A DNA stretch of 64,000 nt from Ignisphaera sp. (GCA_038889075.1 JAWAHS010000003.1:137919-201918), one strand, 5' to 3'; counted from the stretch's first letter, positions 42,999-54,354 are shown. A program made the numbers and translations. The notes: generated from the letters alone by a model not told the origin.

Positions 42999-43886
42999 GT
43001 GGCTAAATTAGGAGAATTGTACAGAAAGTTGACAAAATCGGATATAATGATATTGGAGTATATGGTTAGTATTATTGGAAAGTATGAATACATTCCAGTT
43101 GAGAATTTTATGAGAAAATTTAGAAAGATATGGAATCAAAAAGAAATTGTTGCAAGAATTAAAAAATTGAATGAATTGGGGCTCATACAGAAACATGCAA
43201 ACGTGGAGGCATACCGGTTAAAATCTATAGGACTTGATTGTGTTGCTATTTACATGCTTGTGAACAATAACATTATTAAAGCTTTAGGCGATCCCATTGG
43301 AGTAGGTAAAGAAAGCATTATTTTTAATGGTCTCACGCCCGATGGCAATATTGTTGCAATAAAGTTTTACAAGATAGGTAGGAGAAGCTTTAGACATGTA
43401 GTTAAGGTAAGACCGTATACTACACATATAGAGAACGATTCGTGGTTAATTAGAAGCATTCTTGCTGGTAAACGTGAAAAAGAGGCTCTAACAGTATTGA
43501 ATAAATGTCACATCATAGGTATACCGAGGTTATATGGTCATGCTCTTCACACAATTGTTATCGAATTTATAGATGGTATTAATCTGTACAAAGTGTATAG
43601 AATAGACAATCCATTAGAAATATTTAACCAGATTATAGATGTTGTTAGGAATTCTTATAAATGTGCTAAGATAATCCATGGTGATCTAAGTGAATACAAT
43701 ATAATGGTACAGTTCGATGATGTTGTAAAATCTTATATAATTGATTGGCCGCAATATGTTTTAGCCAATGATCCACAAGCACCAGATGTGTTAAAGAAAG
43801 ATATAGTACAACTAGCTAGATTCTTTAATAGAAGATTCAAACTAGATATACATCCCGATAGAATTCTTGAAAACATCTTAACATAA
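42999..43886 (+). CDS. rio2: RIO2 family kinase
   Basis: N-terminal wH, IGVGKES, IHGDLSEYNI, IIDWPQ. Confidence 0.93.
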   Translation: MAKLGELYRKLTKSDIMILEYMVSIIGKYEYIPVENFMRKFRKIWNQKEIVARIKKLNELGLIQKHANVEAYRLKSIGLDCVAIYMLVNNNIIKALGDPIGVGKESIIFNGLTPDGNIVAIKFYKIGRRSFRHVVKVRPYTTHIENDSWLIRSILAGKREKEALTVLNKCHIIGIPRLYGHALHTIVIEFIDGINLYKVYRIDNPLEIFNQIIDVVRNSYKCAKIIHGDLSEYNIMVQFDDVVKSYIIDWPQYVLANDPQAPDVLKKDIVQLARFFNRRFKLDIHPDRILENILT

Positions 43887-44085
43887 TTCAATCCATAATG
43901 AAGATCTCCTTACTCTACCCTTAATTTACTTACTAGGTTAAAGGATTTGATTAACGCTGATAACTAAGATGGTCGAATTTTATAATTAATGAATTGATTG
44001 ATAATATACTGTAATGATACCATAAACTGTTATATAGCCTAGATACATAACGTACTATAGAGGGTTTTAGAGCTGGTTTTAAGTT

Positions 44086-46089
44086 ATGAAGGTTATGGGA
44101 GTAGATATCGTTAAGGGCAGCCCTCTTTCACGAACAAATCCGCCACTGTACTCAGTTATAATAATAGATGACAAAGGAAAGATAATATATGAATCCATAG
44201 AATCTCCCCTTAAGACTATAGTAAGGCTTGTATGGGAATATGAAGTTTCTAAAATAGGTATCGATAATATCTATGAATTAGCGTCAACAAAACGAGATAT
44301 AGCTAAGATAATGGCTCTCCTACCCAGCAATGTAAGCATATACCAGGTTACGTTAGAAGAAAACAAATTCGTAAACATATATAAACAGGCAATGAAAATC
44401 GGAATAGAACTTGGCTCAAAACCTAAGCCGATTCAAACAGCATATATATCTGCTCTGCTCGCGCTAAATGATATTGGAACCCCTATAAAAGGTGTTGAGA
44501 GAAGAACCAGGATAATAATTTCACGCGCCCGATCTATAGGCCCTGGTGGAAGTAGTGCTAATAGATTTGCTAGGGGAATGAGAACGGCAATTCTTTGTGC
44601 AGTTAGGGAAATAAGAAGGTTATTAGATGAGGCTGCTTTACCTTATGATGTTATTTTTAGACGTGGGAATGGTGGTCTTGATAGTGCTGTATTCATAGTG
44701 TATACCGATAGTGATACTATTAGAAAAATTGTTAAACCATTCAATGGTAAAGATATTCGAATTGCCATAAAATCAGAGTACTCGACGGTAGAATTTTTTG
44801 AAAAAGAGTCTTCTAGAAAACCCGTTATTGTAGGTATAGATCCGGGTATCGAAGTAGGGATTGCTATAGTTGATCTTTCACTTAAAAACATATTTTTAAT
44901 ATCATCCCGCGACTTAGATAAGGTAAATATAATAAATAAAGTTTATAGCATAGGTACACCAATAGCTATAGCAACCGATAAAAATCCGCCTCCAGAAACC
45001 GTCAGGAAAATATCATCTTTAGTTGGTATTCCGCTTTACATACCTTCACAATCACTATCCACTGAGGAAAAAGAACGCTTAATTGACTGGCTGAAAAAGA
45101 AAGGAATAGAAATAAATTTACGAACATCGCATGAACGTGACGCCCTTGCGGCCGCATTAAAGTTTTATAAATCATTTGAAAGAAAATTTATTGAACTAGA
45201 GAGAAGGATTGATGAACTAGGACTAGAGGTCGATATAGACGAACTTAAGTTACTTCTACTAAAGGGTAAAACCATTAATGAGATAGTAGAATATGCTATT
45301 GAGGAACATCTAGAAAATGAAGTGTATCATTTAGAAGGTATACAAACACCATCTATTTCGACGCATAGCACTGATAATCTGTATAGTGAAAAGATGAAAA
45401 ATCTAGAAGATAGAATAAGAGAATTGACAAAGGAACGTGAAATTTTAAAGGCTCGAATAGGTGAGCTTGAGACCCGAATAAAGGAACTTGAATTTGAATT
45501 GAAATTCAATAGTAATGGAAACTGCATAGATAGAGAAATCGTCAAGGATAGAATAGTAAATGAATTGAAGGAAAATCTAAAGAATATACAAAATAAGGTT
45601 TCCTACCTCACATTAGAACTTGAACAAGAGAAACTAAAGTCTAGGGCTCTTTATGAAATTTTAAGGAAATTTATTACAAATGAATACCTAGCTATACCCA
45701 GAATAAGATCGCTAACTGAAGAGGAAGTACGTAATATTGGTAAAGCGATAGGGTTGCCTAAGGCAATTTTAATTGAGTCCGATAATCTAGATGCTGAAGC
45801 ATTGAGAATCGTCAAGGATTTGAATATAGCTATATTAACCAATTCTTGTAGTAATGAAGTTAGACAAATATTTCTTGAAATAGGCATCCCAATAATATGC
45901 AATCTACCAATACAAACCGCATACGAAGATATAGTCATAATCAATGTTAAAGAATTTGAACATGCATTAAAAGAGGCTTTGAAGGAAATAGAATTATATA
46001 AAAAGAATAAAGAGAATAGGAATCGCATTGACATTACAAAATTATTAGATATTATAAATGAGTATAGAAAGATTGTATGGAATACATAG
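44086..46089 (+). CDS. DUF460 domain protein (RNase H-like plus coiled coil)
   Basis: IDNIYEL, IVGIDPG, HERDALAAA, long coiled coil. Confidence 0.88.
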   Translation: MKVMGVDIVKGSPLSRTNPPLYSVIIIDDKGKIIYESIESPLKTIVRLVWEYEVSKIGIDNIYELASTKRDIAKIMALLPSNVSIYQVTLEENKFVNIYKQAMKIGIELGSKPKPIQTAYISALLALNDIGTPIKGVERRTRIIISRARSIGPGGSSANRFARGMRTAILCAVREIRRLLDEAALPYDVIFRRGNGGLDSAVFIVYTDSDTIRKIVKPFNGKDIRIAIKSEYSTVEFFEKESSRKPVIVGIDPGIEVGIAIVDLSLKNIFLISSRDLDKVNIINKVYSIGTPIAIATDKNPPPETVRKISSLVGIPLYIPSQSLSTEEKERLIDWLKKKGIEINLRTSHERDALAAALKFYKSFERKFIELERRIDELGLEVDIDELKLLLLKGKTINEIVEYAIEEHLENEVYHLEGIQTPSISTHSTDNLYSEKMKNLEDRIRELTKEREILKARIGELETRIKELEFELKFNSNGNCIDREIVKDRIVNELKENLKNIQNKVSYLTLELEQEKLKSRALYEILRKFITNEYLAIPRIRSLTEEEVRNIGKAIGLPKAILIESDNLDAEALRIVKDLNIAILTNSCSNEVRQIFLEIGIPIICNLPIQTAYEDIVIINVKEFEHALKEALKEIELYKKNKENRNRIDITKLLDIINEYRKIVWNT

Positions 46090-46258
46090 AAGTTATAAGA
46101 AGTTCTAATTATAATTGATATATCTGCGGTTTATTTAAAACTTTTAATAAAACTTTCATAATTTGCATTGTTTACCTTTCATATACTTGGTCTTTTATAA
46201 AAGGACTGTATCCAGATTATTTAGTAGCCATAAGCCGACTGCACTTTTAATTTTAATA

Positions 46259-47482
46259 TTAGAACAGCATAGTATTTCCATTTATTATCATGTCCGCTAT
46301 TCTGTTTACATCGTTAAACATTTCATTTACAATACCACATATTTCACTAGTCATGTTTTGTGTAAGCCTTTCTTCAGGTATAACCTTTACATCTACTATA
46401 AATGGCTCATCTAATGGTCTCCCTATTTGACTTAATATGGATACATACACTTCTTTTATACCTTTTACTTCCCTGTAACTTTTCTCAGCTATAAGTTTAG
46501 CAATTACATTATATATCTTACCAACGTGGCTAACAGGATTCTTACCAGCCGTTGCCTCTAAACTCATTAAACGCATAGGGGTTATTAATCCATTTACTCT
46601 ATTACCTCTGCCTGTAGCTCCATCGTCTCCATGCTCAGCCGAGGTACCCGTTACAGTAATATAGTATATACCTTCAGAAGGTTTATCAGCTACATTAACA
46701 TACACCTCTATCTCATAATTTGGAGCAATCCTTACTGCTTGATTAAGTACAGCTTCCCTAATTTCCTCCTTTATATTAAGATATTCATTGCCATCTCGTA
46801 CATGCCTAGATACTATTGCAGAGGCTATGGTTAATTTTATTTTATTATTAACTCTTAATCCCATTACCTTTACATCTTCTCCAACCGCCGGTAATTTTCC
46901 TTTGAATTCTTTCGAATTTAAGAATCTCTCTGTATATAGTACCAGGTTTTCCAATGTGGAAAGCGGAGCAAATCCAACACCAAAACTAGTGTCGTTAGCT
47001 AGGGGTGTGCTCTTTAAGCCCAACTTAAAGAGCGCAACCAGATCTGTGCTTCCTTGCCCTATTTTATAGTCGATTATTGTATGCTCATCTGGATTAAGAT
47101 ACCTAAAATGTTCCCTAATCCATTCTCTTGCTGCCCTAAGTGTAATAGTGCCTATGGGTATAAAGTCTAATCCTTCAGATGTCTGTACATATGCTGTTGC
47201 CCTACCTGACACAATAATGTATATTGGATGTAGAACTTCGCCTCCGCCAAATATAGGCTTCGACTGACCTCCTACTACCAATACCTTATCCACATTATGG
47301 TGTAGTATTACATTGTAATGTCTTAAATAATATTTACTAAGTTCTCTACTTACAGCCTCTGCAATACCATCTGCTATATAGTCAGGATGTCCTACACCCT
47401 TCCTTTCAACCATTTCTACATTGATGTTTTCGATACCTTGCCAATGATATTCGTTCACTACAATATTTCTCAATATACCCAC
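46259..47482 (-). CDS. mat: Archaeal-type S-adenosylmethionine synthetase
   Basis: [38 protein letters not shown]. Confidence 0.97.
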   Translation of the reverse strand: MGILRNIVVNEYHWQGIENINVEMVERKGVGHPDYIADGIAEAVSRELSKYYLRHYNVILHHNVDKVLVVGGQSKPIFGGGEVLHPIYIIVSGRATAYVQTSEGLDFIPIGTITLRAAREWIREHFRYLNPDEHTIIDYKIGQGSTDLVALFKLGLKSTPLANDTSFGVGFAPLSTLENLVLYTERFLNSKEFKGKLPAVGEDVKVMGLRVNNKIKLTIASAIVSRHVRDGNEYLNIKEEIREAVLNQAVRIAPNYEIEVYVNVADKPSEGIYYITVTGTSAEHGDDGATGRGNRVNGLITPMRLMSLEATAGKNPVSHVGKIYNVIAKLIAEKSYREVKGIKEVYVSILSQIGRPLDEPFIVDVKVIPEERLTQNMTSEICGIVNEMFNDVNRIADMIINGNTMLF

Positions 47483-47608
47483 CTATTATGTGTAATTTGA
47501 TTGCCAATGGCTCTTCTGTTCTATAGAGTTTTATCATTTTGTATTTTAATTTTTATGAAAAATAAACTCTCTACAGTTATTGTATTGCAATGTTTAATTG
47601 AATTCAAA

Positions 47609-47803
47609 TTATAAACCTTTGGCTAATTTTTCTGCCTTAATGAAAGTCTTTAAACATCTATCAAAGTGTTCACAAATCTTGCATTCTATGCGTGTAGATG
47701 AGAAGTCAAAATTTATTGGACATGTCCTTGGCAATGCTGCTCTATTCCTTCTATTCCTGTTCCTATTCTCTCTATTTTCACTATTTACTCTTCTACTACG
47801 CAT
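47609..47803 (-). CDS. Small Arg/Asn-rich protein with four Cys
   Basis: Starts 4 nt after Sm stop; NRENRNRNRRNR then C-x12-CxxC-x5-C. Confidence 0.6.
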   Translation of the reverse strand: MRSRRVNSENRENRNRNRRNRAALPRTCPINFDFSSTRIECKICEHFDRCLKTFIKAEKLAKGL

Positions 47804-47806
47804 TGT

Positions 47807-48094
47807 CTATATCACTGTAGTTTGTCGTAACTTTGCCTCTGTATAGTCGACGCATACATACAATATTTGGCTTCCCCGTATGAATATCCTTCCATACTTT
47901 GCTATAGCTTCTTTGCCACCATCGCCATATTCTGTAGCATCCTCTAGAACTACATTCATTGTAGGATCCGTCATTACGAGCTTGCCAATGAACTCTGAAC
48001 CCTCCTTAACCTTTACCATTATTGTCTTATTTAACGAACTTCGCAACATTCGCATTGGCGTTATATTGGGTTTCTGAAATTGTTGGGATGCCAT
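47807..48094 (-). CDS. Sm-like archaeal protein (SmAP)
   Basis: Sm1 GKL..TD.TMNVVL, Sm2 IFIRGSQI. Confidence 0.93.
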   Translation of the reverse strand: MASQQFQKPNITPMRMLRSSLNKTIMVKVKEGSEFIGKLVMTDPTMNVVLEDATEYGDGGKEAIAKYGRIFIRGSQILYVCVDYTEAKLRQTTVI

Positions 48095-48174
48095 ATACTT
48101 TAAACCCTATTTTAAGCTTTGAAGCTAGGCATTAATAAGGTTTTTGGGCCAAGTTGTACTAAGATTCTAATTGG

Positions 48175-48822
48175 GTGACACTAATAGTGATAGTCGTAAT
48201 AGAACATTTGGAAGCTTATGTCAATAGGTGGTTGTTAAAGGAATACGAATTTGTATCGGAAACCTTTAAAAATAGGGTTATCTTCACCAATGTAACAAAA
48301 GAGTGTGATAGATTATTACTACAGCCTTTGGGAATAGTATATAAAACCTCTGCAATTGAACTTCTTAGTAATGTCGATAATGTGGTAATCTTGGATCCTA
48401 ATGCTAAAGAAAGACTGCAGGTAGCTGATCTAAGAATGGCTAGGTATGTAGTAATTGGCGGTATAATGGGTGACAATCCACCTAAAGGTAGAACGAAATT
48501 ATTAATTACTTCACGATTAAGTAAAGCATTACCGAGAAATTTAGGTGAAAAACAATTTACTATAGCTGGAGCTGCATATATTTTGAGACGAGTAGAAAGT
48601 GGTCAGAATATCAATGATATAAAATATGTCTTCGGACTTAAAATTAAGAAGAGACTAACCAAAGACATAGAGATTGAGATAGATCTTCCATATGCATTTC
48701 CATTAGATGAACAAGGGAATATCGTTCTCCCAAAGGGTTATGAAGATGTGGTTATAGACTACGTACCAGTATACGAGAGTGCGCTCTTAGCTGGTAATTA
48801 TAATATGTGTCAAGACCGCTAA
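48175..48822 (+). CDS. Sfm1-like SPOUT methyltransferase (DUF431)
   Basis: IEHLE...W...EY, LDP, IGGIMGD.PP.GRT, LG.KQFT. Confidence 0.85.
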   Translation: MTLIVIVVIEHLEAYVNRWLLKEYEFVSETFKNRVIFTNVTKECDRLLLQPLGIVYKTSAIELLSNVDNVVILDPNAKERLQVADLRMARYVVIGGIMGDNPPKGRTKLLITSRLSKALPRNLGEKQFTIAGAAYILRRVESGQNINDIKYVFGLKIKKRLTKDIEIEIDLPYAFPLDEQGNIVLPKGYEDVVIDYVPVYESALLAGNYNMCQDR

Positions 48823-49092
48823 AGAGAAATACACTGTTATACCACGTAAATAGAGATCCGTCTTTGACTTCGCTCCAATAATTTTCGCTATTACGATACT
48901 TGGTATATAGAATATCATTAGGATTAGCCATACTAAGTAGACGGATATACCAGATATTAACTGCTCTAATATCATATGAAATACCGTATGTAGTGAGGTT
49001 GCATATATAATTACACTGCATAAAACTCCATAAATACCTCTAGCAAAGATAATTTTTAGGCGGGTATATAATGGATCCTTTAAATGCGACAC
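48787..49092 (-). CDS. Small three-TM protein, possibly EMC6/Rab5ip-like
   Basis: Three hydrophobic helices; C-terminal DLYLRGITVYF; probable GTG start 49092. Confidence 0.6.
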   Translation of the reverse strand: MSHLKDPLYTRLKIIFARGIYGVLCSVIIYATSLHTVFHMILEQLISGISVYLVWLILMIFYIPSIVIAKIIGAKSKTDLYLRGITVYFSLAVLTHIIITS

Positions 49093-51083
49093 AGCACCAT
49101 CGCCAGAAAAATTCAATGAGCTGGCTCGATATAAAAGTTTGGTTGCAAGAAGTTGCAGAGAAGATGTTGGGTTCATTCATAGATGATGTTTATATATTAA
49201 ATGGAATCTTCATATTTAAATTCAAGAATGTTAAACATTCTGAAGAATTTTTACTTATAGTAGAACCAGGAAGGAGAATATCTATCTCAAAATTAAAAAT
49301 AAAACTCAAAGAGGAATTCGTAAAAAGTAGTAGTGTATGGAAGGGAATTTTAAAAAATTGTAGCATTGAAAATATTGAACAATATGATTACGAGAGAATA
49401 ATATTTGTTGATTTAAAATGTCGCGAAGAAAGTAGAAGGATGGTTATCGAACTACTTCCTCGTGGCGTCATAGCTATTCTAAATAACGATAACATGATAC
49501 TGTTGGCGAGCTCGTATAGGAAAATGAAGGATAGAAATATCATGCCAAAGGCTAAATACGAATTGCCACCAAAGGCTAAAATTTCAGACTATTACAATAT
49601 TGAAGTTAGTGGTCTTAGAGACCTTCTATCAAATGAATTCAATATAGTACCAAGTCTTATTAGGAGCTTAGACATACCTCCAGAAATAGCTGACAGTATA
49701 AATCTTCTATGTAAATTAGATAATAAAAGAGTTGCAGAGTTAAATGAAATTGAATACAAATGTATCGTTGATAAACTAAAGGAGCTGTTAACAGCTATAA
49801 TAGAAAGCCCTACACCATGTATTATATATAAGAACAACTCTATGATAGGTTTCTATCCATTTATTCCTACACGATTCTATGGAGAGGGTTACCATATAGA
49901 GCATGTTCCCTCATTTAATGATGCTATAGAAAAATACTTCAGTGGATCGTTTAGATCACTATTAATTTCGAAGAAGATAGAGATTGCCACCACTAAACTT
50001 GAGAAACTAAGGAAGAGTTTAGAGATGCTGGATAAAAATTTAATTGAGTTGAAATACAGGAAGGAACATATCGAAAATCTATTGAAAATATTGAATGAAG
50101 TATACGTTGATATAGAAGTAATTCATGAGTGTGTGCAAAATTTCGTTAAACACTCATCATGGGAAGATATCACAAGATGCAGCAATTTCATTATCGATTT
50201 GAAACCTGATAAAGGATTGTACAAAATCAGCATTAAGGGCCTCGAATTAGAACTAGATGTCAGAAAAAGCTTTGCAGAGAATTACTTTACATTACTAAAG
50301 TTATTATCGGATATAGACAAGTCCATTAAGAGGGCATTGGAAGAAAGAGGTAGTATTGAGACAAGAATAAATGAGTTAAGCAATACTATAAAAGATGAAA
50401 TAAAGAAGGTGGAGCTAAAACTAAATAGAAAAATAGAATGGTATGAAAAATTTCATTGGATGATATCATCTGAGGGGTTTCTAATTATTGGTGGAAAAGA
50501 TGCTAGTCAAAATATTAAACTAATAAGAAGATATTTAGAACAGCATGATATAGTACTCCATGCAGATATTCATGGAGCTAGCGTTATCGTTATAAAAACT
50601 AATAGCAAGAATGTAAGCGAAAAAACACTAAGAGAGGCAGCTGTTTTTGCAGCCAGCTATAGTAAAGCATGGAAATTAGGTCTAGCAACCATTAATGTGT
50701 TTTGGGTCTATGGCTCTCAGATTTCATTAAAACCACCATCAGGCGAATACTTACCTAAAGGGGCTTTTATGGTATACGATAAGAAGAACTACATAAATAA
50801 TGTAGAATTGAAACTAGCAATAGGGGTTGAAACAGTAGACATTGAAAATGGTGGTAAGGCTATTATAAGAGTTCTTGCTGGACCTGAAGATGTTATTAGA
50901 GAAAGAACGTTTGCCTATATTGTATTAATCCCTGGTGATGAAAATCCGGAAAACATAGCAAAGATGTTTTTGGAGAGTATCAAAAAGGTTTTTAAGGATA
51001 TAATTATAGCTATAGATGTTAGAGATCTCGAATCTAGAATCCCAGGTCGAAGTAAAGTAATTAAACTAGTTATACCAAAGTAG
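49071..51083 (+). CDS. rqcH: Ribosome quality-control factor RqcH/NEMF
   Basis: NFACT-N (YERII, IELLPRG), coiled coil, NFACT-R (WYEKF, GGKDASQN, HADIHGA, SGEYLPKGAF). Confidence 0.93.
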   Translation: MDPLNATQHHRQKNSMSWLDIKVWLQEVAEKMLGSFIDDVYILNGIFIFKFKNVKHSEEFLLIVEPGRRISISKLKIKLKEEFVKSSSVWKGILKNCSIENIEQYDYERIIFVDLKCREESRRMVIELLPRGVIAILNNDNMILLASSYRKMKDRNIMPKAKYELPPKAKISDYYNIEVSGLRDLLSNEFNIVPSLIRSLDIPPEIADSINLLCKLDNKRVAELNEIEYKCIVDKLKELLTAIIESPTPCIIYKNNSMIGFYPFIPTRFYGEGYHIEHVPSFNDAIEKYFSGSFRSLLISKKIEIATTKLEKLRKSLEMLDKNLIELKYRKEHIENLLKILNEVYVDIEVIHECVQNFVKHSSWEDITRCSNFIIDLKPDKGLYKISIKGLELELDVRKSFAENYFTLLKLLSDIDKSIKRALEERGSIETRINELSNTIKDEIKKVELKLNRKIEWYEKFHWMISSEGFLIIGGKDASQNIKLIRRYLEQHDIVLHADIHGASVIVIKTNSKNVSEKTLREAAVFAASYSKAWKLGLATINVFWVYGSQISLKPPSGEYLPKGAFMVYDKKNYINNVELKLAIGVETVDIENGGKAIIRVLAGPEDVIRERTFAYIVLIPGDENPENIAKMFLESIKKVFKDIIIAIDVRDLESRIPGRSKVIKLVIPK

Positions 51084-51086
51084 TGC

Positions 51087-51506
51087 ATGGTGTTAAAGAT
51101 GCTAAAGGCGTTTGATGTAATGGTACCCAATCCCATACAAGTAAAGGCTAGCATTACTGTATTTGAAGCAATAAAAACTATGGAAAAATATAATATAGCC
51201 TCACTAATAGTAGTTGACGAGGGTGACGTGGTGCTAGGGGTTGTCACAGCAAAGGATCTGATTCTAAGAGTCTTTGCAAAAGGACTTGATCCTAGAAATA
51301 CTAGAATTGTAGACATAGTTTCAAGACCTGTAACTGTAGTTGAACCCGATACACTGCTGAAAGACGTCATTAACTTAATGATAGGTACTGGACATGGTCA
51401 TATACCTGTTATCAATAAATCTGGAAAAGCAATAGGTATTGTAACAATAGATGATATACTGAAATTTGTACCTGAACTTTTAGAATTAGTAGAGGTAAAG
51501 AAATAG
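51087..51506 (+). CDS. CBS-pair protein
   Basis: Two CBS repeats (LIVVD..GVVT.KD; IPVIN..GIVT.DD). Confidence 0.92.
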   Translation: MVLKMLKAFDVMVPNPIQVKASITVFEAIKTMEKYNIASLIVVDEGDVVLGVVTAKDLILRVFAKGLDPRNTRIVDIVSRPVTVVEPDTLLKDVINLMIGTGHGHIPVINKSGKAIGIVTIDDILKFVPELLELVEVKK

Positions 51507-51551
51507 TTTTTAACAATTTTAAATAATTCTCAATACCTAGCCTAAGATTGA

Positions 51552-52703
51552 TTAAAAGGAGCCGAAATTCCTAGCCCATTCCTCATAAAGGTTGATCATG
51601 GAATTTGATATTGTAGGTCTTCTTCTGTTTAGTACCTCGACAAAATCGTTCATGGTGACAGATCTTGGATTATCTGATAGAGTGTTGGATTTAAATAACT
51701 CTCTAACTGTTCTTAGATATGCCTCTAAAACAATATCTCTTATATCACTAGCCGAGTACCCCTCAGTTTTTTCAGCAAGAAGATCTATATTGACATCATC
51801 AGCTATCTTTATGAATTTTAAGTAATACTCGAACAGCGATTTGCGTGCTTCTCTACTTGGCGGTGGAATATATATTCTCTTTTGAAACCTGCGTAAGAAT
51901 CCCAGATCTAGCTTCCATGGTTTATTAGTAGCTGCTATAACATACACAAAATGTTTCTTCCCCTTCTCATTTAATCCATCTAGCTCTTTTAGAAACTGGT
52001 TACGCACCCTAGCCTCACCACCAATTTCATTTTCATAAACTCCTAACAGAGCATCCGCCTCATCAATAAATATTATAACAGGTTTTGAAATACCAGTATT
52101 CCTAGCATAATTAAATATTGCTGCAACTTTCTTCTCTGCCTCGCCAAGCCATTTTGACATAATATTTGCAGCATCTATCTGCATAAAGACGCCATCTATC
52201 TCATTAGCTGTTGCTGCTGCTATCATAGTCTTACCACAGCCGGGAGGACCGTAAAGAAGTATCCCCCTAGGCCATCCCAATGGAAATAGATCTGGTCTTC
52301 TAGTCGGATATACAATCGAATCGAGTATAGCTTGTTTAGCATCGTCTAGCCCTATTATGTCTTCAAAACGGATAGACGGCTTTTCAATTACTATGAACTC
52401 TTGCAAAGCTTTTTCTATGTTTTCATCGTTTTGCACAATTTCACTATCTCCTCCAGAGACTGATATACTTATCTTGGATTCTTCCTCAAGTTCCTTTGCC
52501 TTCCTAATATAACCTTCTGCAACAGACTTATAGATGCTTATCATAGGATCGCTTCTATAATTGTTCAGTATTGTGATTAGTATCTCAGCTGCTTTTCTAT
52601 AGTTTTTAGCTGCATCAATTTTATTTCCAACCCGTTCATTGATCATGGCTTCATTAACATACTTTTTTGCTAATGCTTCTAGGTACTCCCGTCCTCCACT
52701 CAA
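51552..52703 (-). CDS. cdvC: CdvC (Vps4-like AAA ATPase)
   Basis: MIT domain, GPPGCGKT, SKWLGE, FIDE, ATNKPW. Confidence 0.95.
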   Translation of the reverse strand: MSGGREYLEALAKKYVNEAMINERVGNKIDAAKNYRKAAEILITILNNYRSDPMISIYKSVAEGYIRKAKELEEESKISISVSGGDSEIVQNDENIEKALQEFIVIEKPSIRFEDIIGLDDAKQAILDSIVYPTRRPDLFPLGWPRGILLYGPPGCGKTMIAAATANEIDGVFMQIDAANIMSKWLGEAEKKVAAIFNYARNTGISKPVIIFIDEADALLGVYENEIGGEARVRNQFLKELDGLNEKGKKHFVYVIAATNKPWKLDLGFLRRFQKRIYIPPPSREARKSLFEYYLKFIKIADDVNIDLLAEKTEGYSASDIRDIVLEAYLRTVRELFKSNTLSDNPRSVTMNDFVEVLNRRRPTISNSMINLYEEWARNFGSF

Positions 52704-52742
52704 GATACATCCCAGAACATCTATTATAACTTTAAAAATCGG

Positions 52743-53630
52743 TTAGGTTAGCTTTATCAATCCCTTTTGTTCAAGACGCTTCAGTATTGCGATTACCACC
52801 TCTCTTGCTACTCCAAATCTTTCTGCACACTCTTCTATCCTTATAATACCTTTATTATTGATGATATAATTATACACCTGGAGCTCCAAACCACTATCAA
52901 CATACTTAGATTGTGGCTGTAGTACGATAAATTTCTGTGGTGTAAAAGATGTGGGAGTGGCTGTTCCTACTGAGCTTCTTGTATCGATATAAGAAGCTGA
53001 TATAGATAGAGGTGCAGCGAGTTTATTATTTACCATATCTTCGAGCTGAACAGGTATGGGAGGTAAGGATGTCTTTAGTTTTTCCTCTGCTTGTGCCTCG
53101 ACCTCTTTTAGTATGTCCTCTACTTCCTTTGTTTTACTGGCTACAGTTATAGATACATCTGGAGCCCGTGTTGATGTGATTAGAGAATTTACATTGCTAA
53201 CGATGTTATCTAGCGTCATGGCCAGCTCCGGCATTGTATTAATGAACATAGATTTCAGTTCATTTAGTATTCCCATGGTTGTTGATAATACTCGTATATC
53301 GTTAATTATATTCATGGTCTTCATCCTCTCTAGAAGCCTCTCGATTGCTAGTAGGGCAATGTGTATATATTTCATAAGTCTTCTAACTTCAGCAATTTCT
53401 GCGGCATATATCGTTGCTCTTTCTCTATCATTAGAACTTAGAGATTTGACTGCATTAGTAAGGAGTTCATCGTCTCTGTCCTTTAACCGTTTCTTAATCT
53501 CCTCCAATTTTATTTTCAAATCATTCAATGAAGTAACTATGTAAATTAGAGCACTTTTCTGTGGATCACGCCTAGAAGTTATATTTAGGATTTTTACAAA
53601 TGAATCAAAAATTCCTGCTGAAGTAGACAT
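52743..53630 (-). CDS. cdvB: CdvB (ESCRT-III-like) with C-terminal wH
   Basis: RATIYAAEIAEVR Snf7-like core, MIM2-like LPPIP, C-terminal wH. Confidence 0.92.
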   Translation of the reverse strand: MSTSAGIFDSFVKILNITSRRDPQKSALIYIVTSLNDLKIKLEEIKKRLKDRDDELLTNAVKSLSSNDRERATIYAAEIAEVRRLMKYIHIALLAIERLLERMKTMNIINDIRVLSTTMGILNELKSMFINTMPELAMTLDNIVSNVNSLITSTRAPDVSITVASKTKEVEDILKEVEAQAEEKLKTSLPPIPVQLEDMVNNKLAAPLSISASYIDTRSSVGTATPTSFTPQKFIVLQPQSKYVDSGLELQVYNYIINNKGIIRIEECAERFGVAREVVIAILKRLEQKGLIKLT

Positions 53631-53658
53631 GAACTACCCCCACTATTAGAAGCTTAGG

Positions 53659-54354
53659 TTACCCTGTAACAACCTTGACTGCTATTGGTTGTTGTGCAGC
53701 TGTTGGTGAAGTTATTTGAATCTCTTCTTGCGGTTGTGATACCACTGATATTAGTTCTTGTTCAAGCTTGTCTATGAGAGAAATGTGCTTTTCTACATCC
53801 TTCCTCTCCTCCATCGCTGCTTGCTTAGCGAATCTCATAAAATCAGCTGATATTTTGAAACCATTTTCAGGCAATTCACCTGATGTATAGCTTATTAGTA
53901 AATGTGTTAGAGCTTTCTCAATGTGCAGTATGAAATTCTCTAATTCGTATGTTCTTTTTCTCAAGATATCTTTCAAATTCTTTATTTCAATTTTTAGTTT
54001 ATCTAAATCTTTTGAGAACTTTTCCTTCAATTCTCTATATGCGTGCTGTGGTATTTGATTCTTTTTAGATAGTTCCTCCAAAGACTTAAATCTCTTCTTT
54101 AATATGTCAAGTTTCCTTTCAAGCTTTTTGGCCTCTACAAGCCATTCAGGCATTAGTTTGAGTCCATCAACATTGTGTTCAAATCTTTCTACTGTAATAG
54201 TTTCATAAGAAGCATCATTGGTCATGATTTCAAATGATGAAACCTTTCCGTCAACATCACTATAGACTCCAACTAGTATCCCTATTTTCCTTCCATATAT
54301 ATCAGTTATTGTCTGACCTAAATATGGGGCTACACCCTCTATTGCTATATCCAT
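53659..54354 (-). CDS. cdvA: CdvA
   Basis: LGQ.I.DIYGR PRC barrel, PEW, coiled coils, terminal IAVKV E3B-like strand. Confidence 0.93.
   Translation of the reverse strand: MDIAIEGVAPYLGQTITDIYGRKIGILVGVYSDVDGKVSSFEIMTNDASYETITVERFEHNVDGLKLMPEWLVEAKKLERKLDILKKRFKSLEELSKKNQIPQHAYRELKEKFSKDLDKLKIEIKNLKDILRKRTYELENFILHIEKALTHLLISYTSGELPENGFKISADFMRFAKQAAMEERKDVEKHISLIDKLEQELISVVSQPQEEIQITSPTAAQQPIAVKVVTG

Noticed and set aside
42823-43011. 62-aa ORF upstream of rio2
   Set aside because: Overlaps the C/D sRNA and rio2 promoter; no protein features
43898-43960. ATGAAGA...CTGA candidate sRNA
   Set aside because: Internal boxes absent
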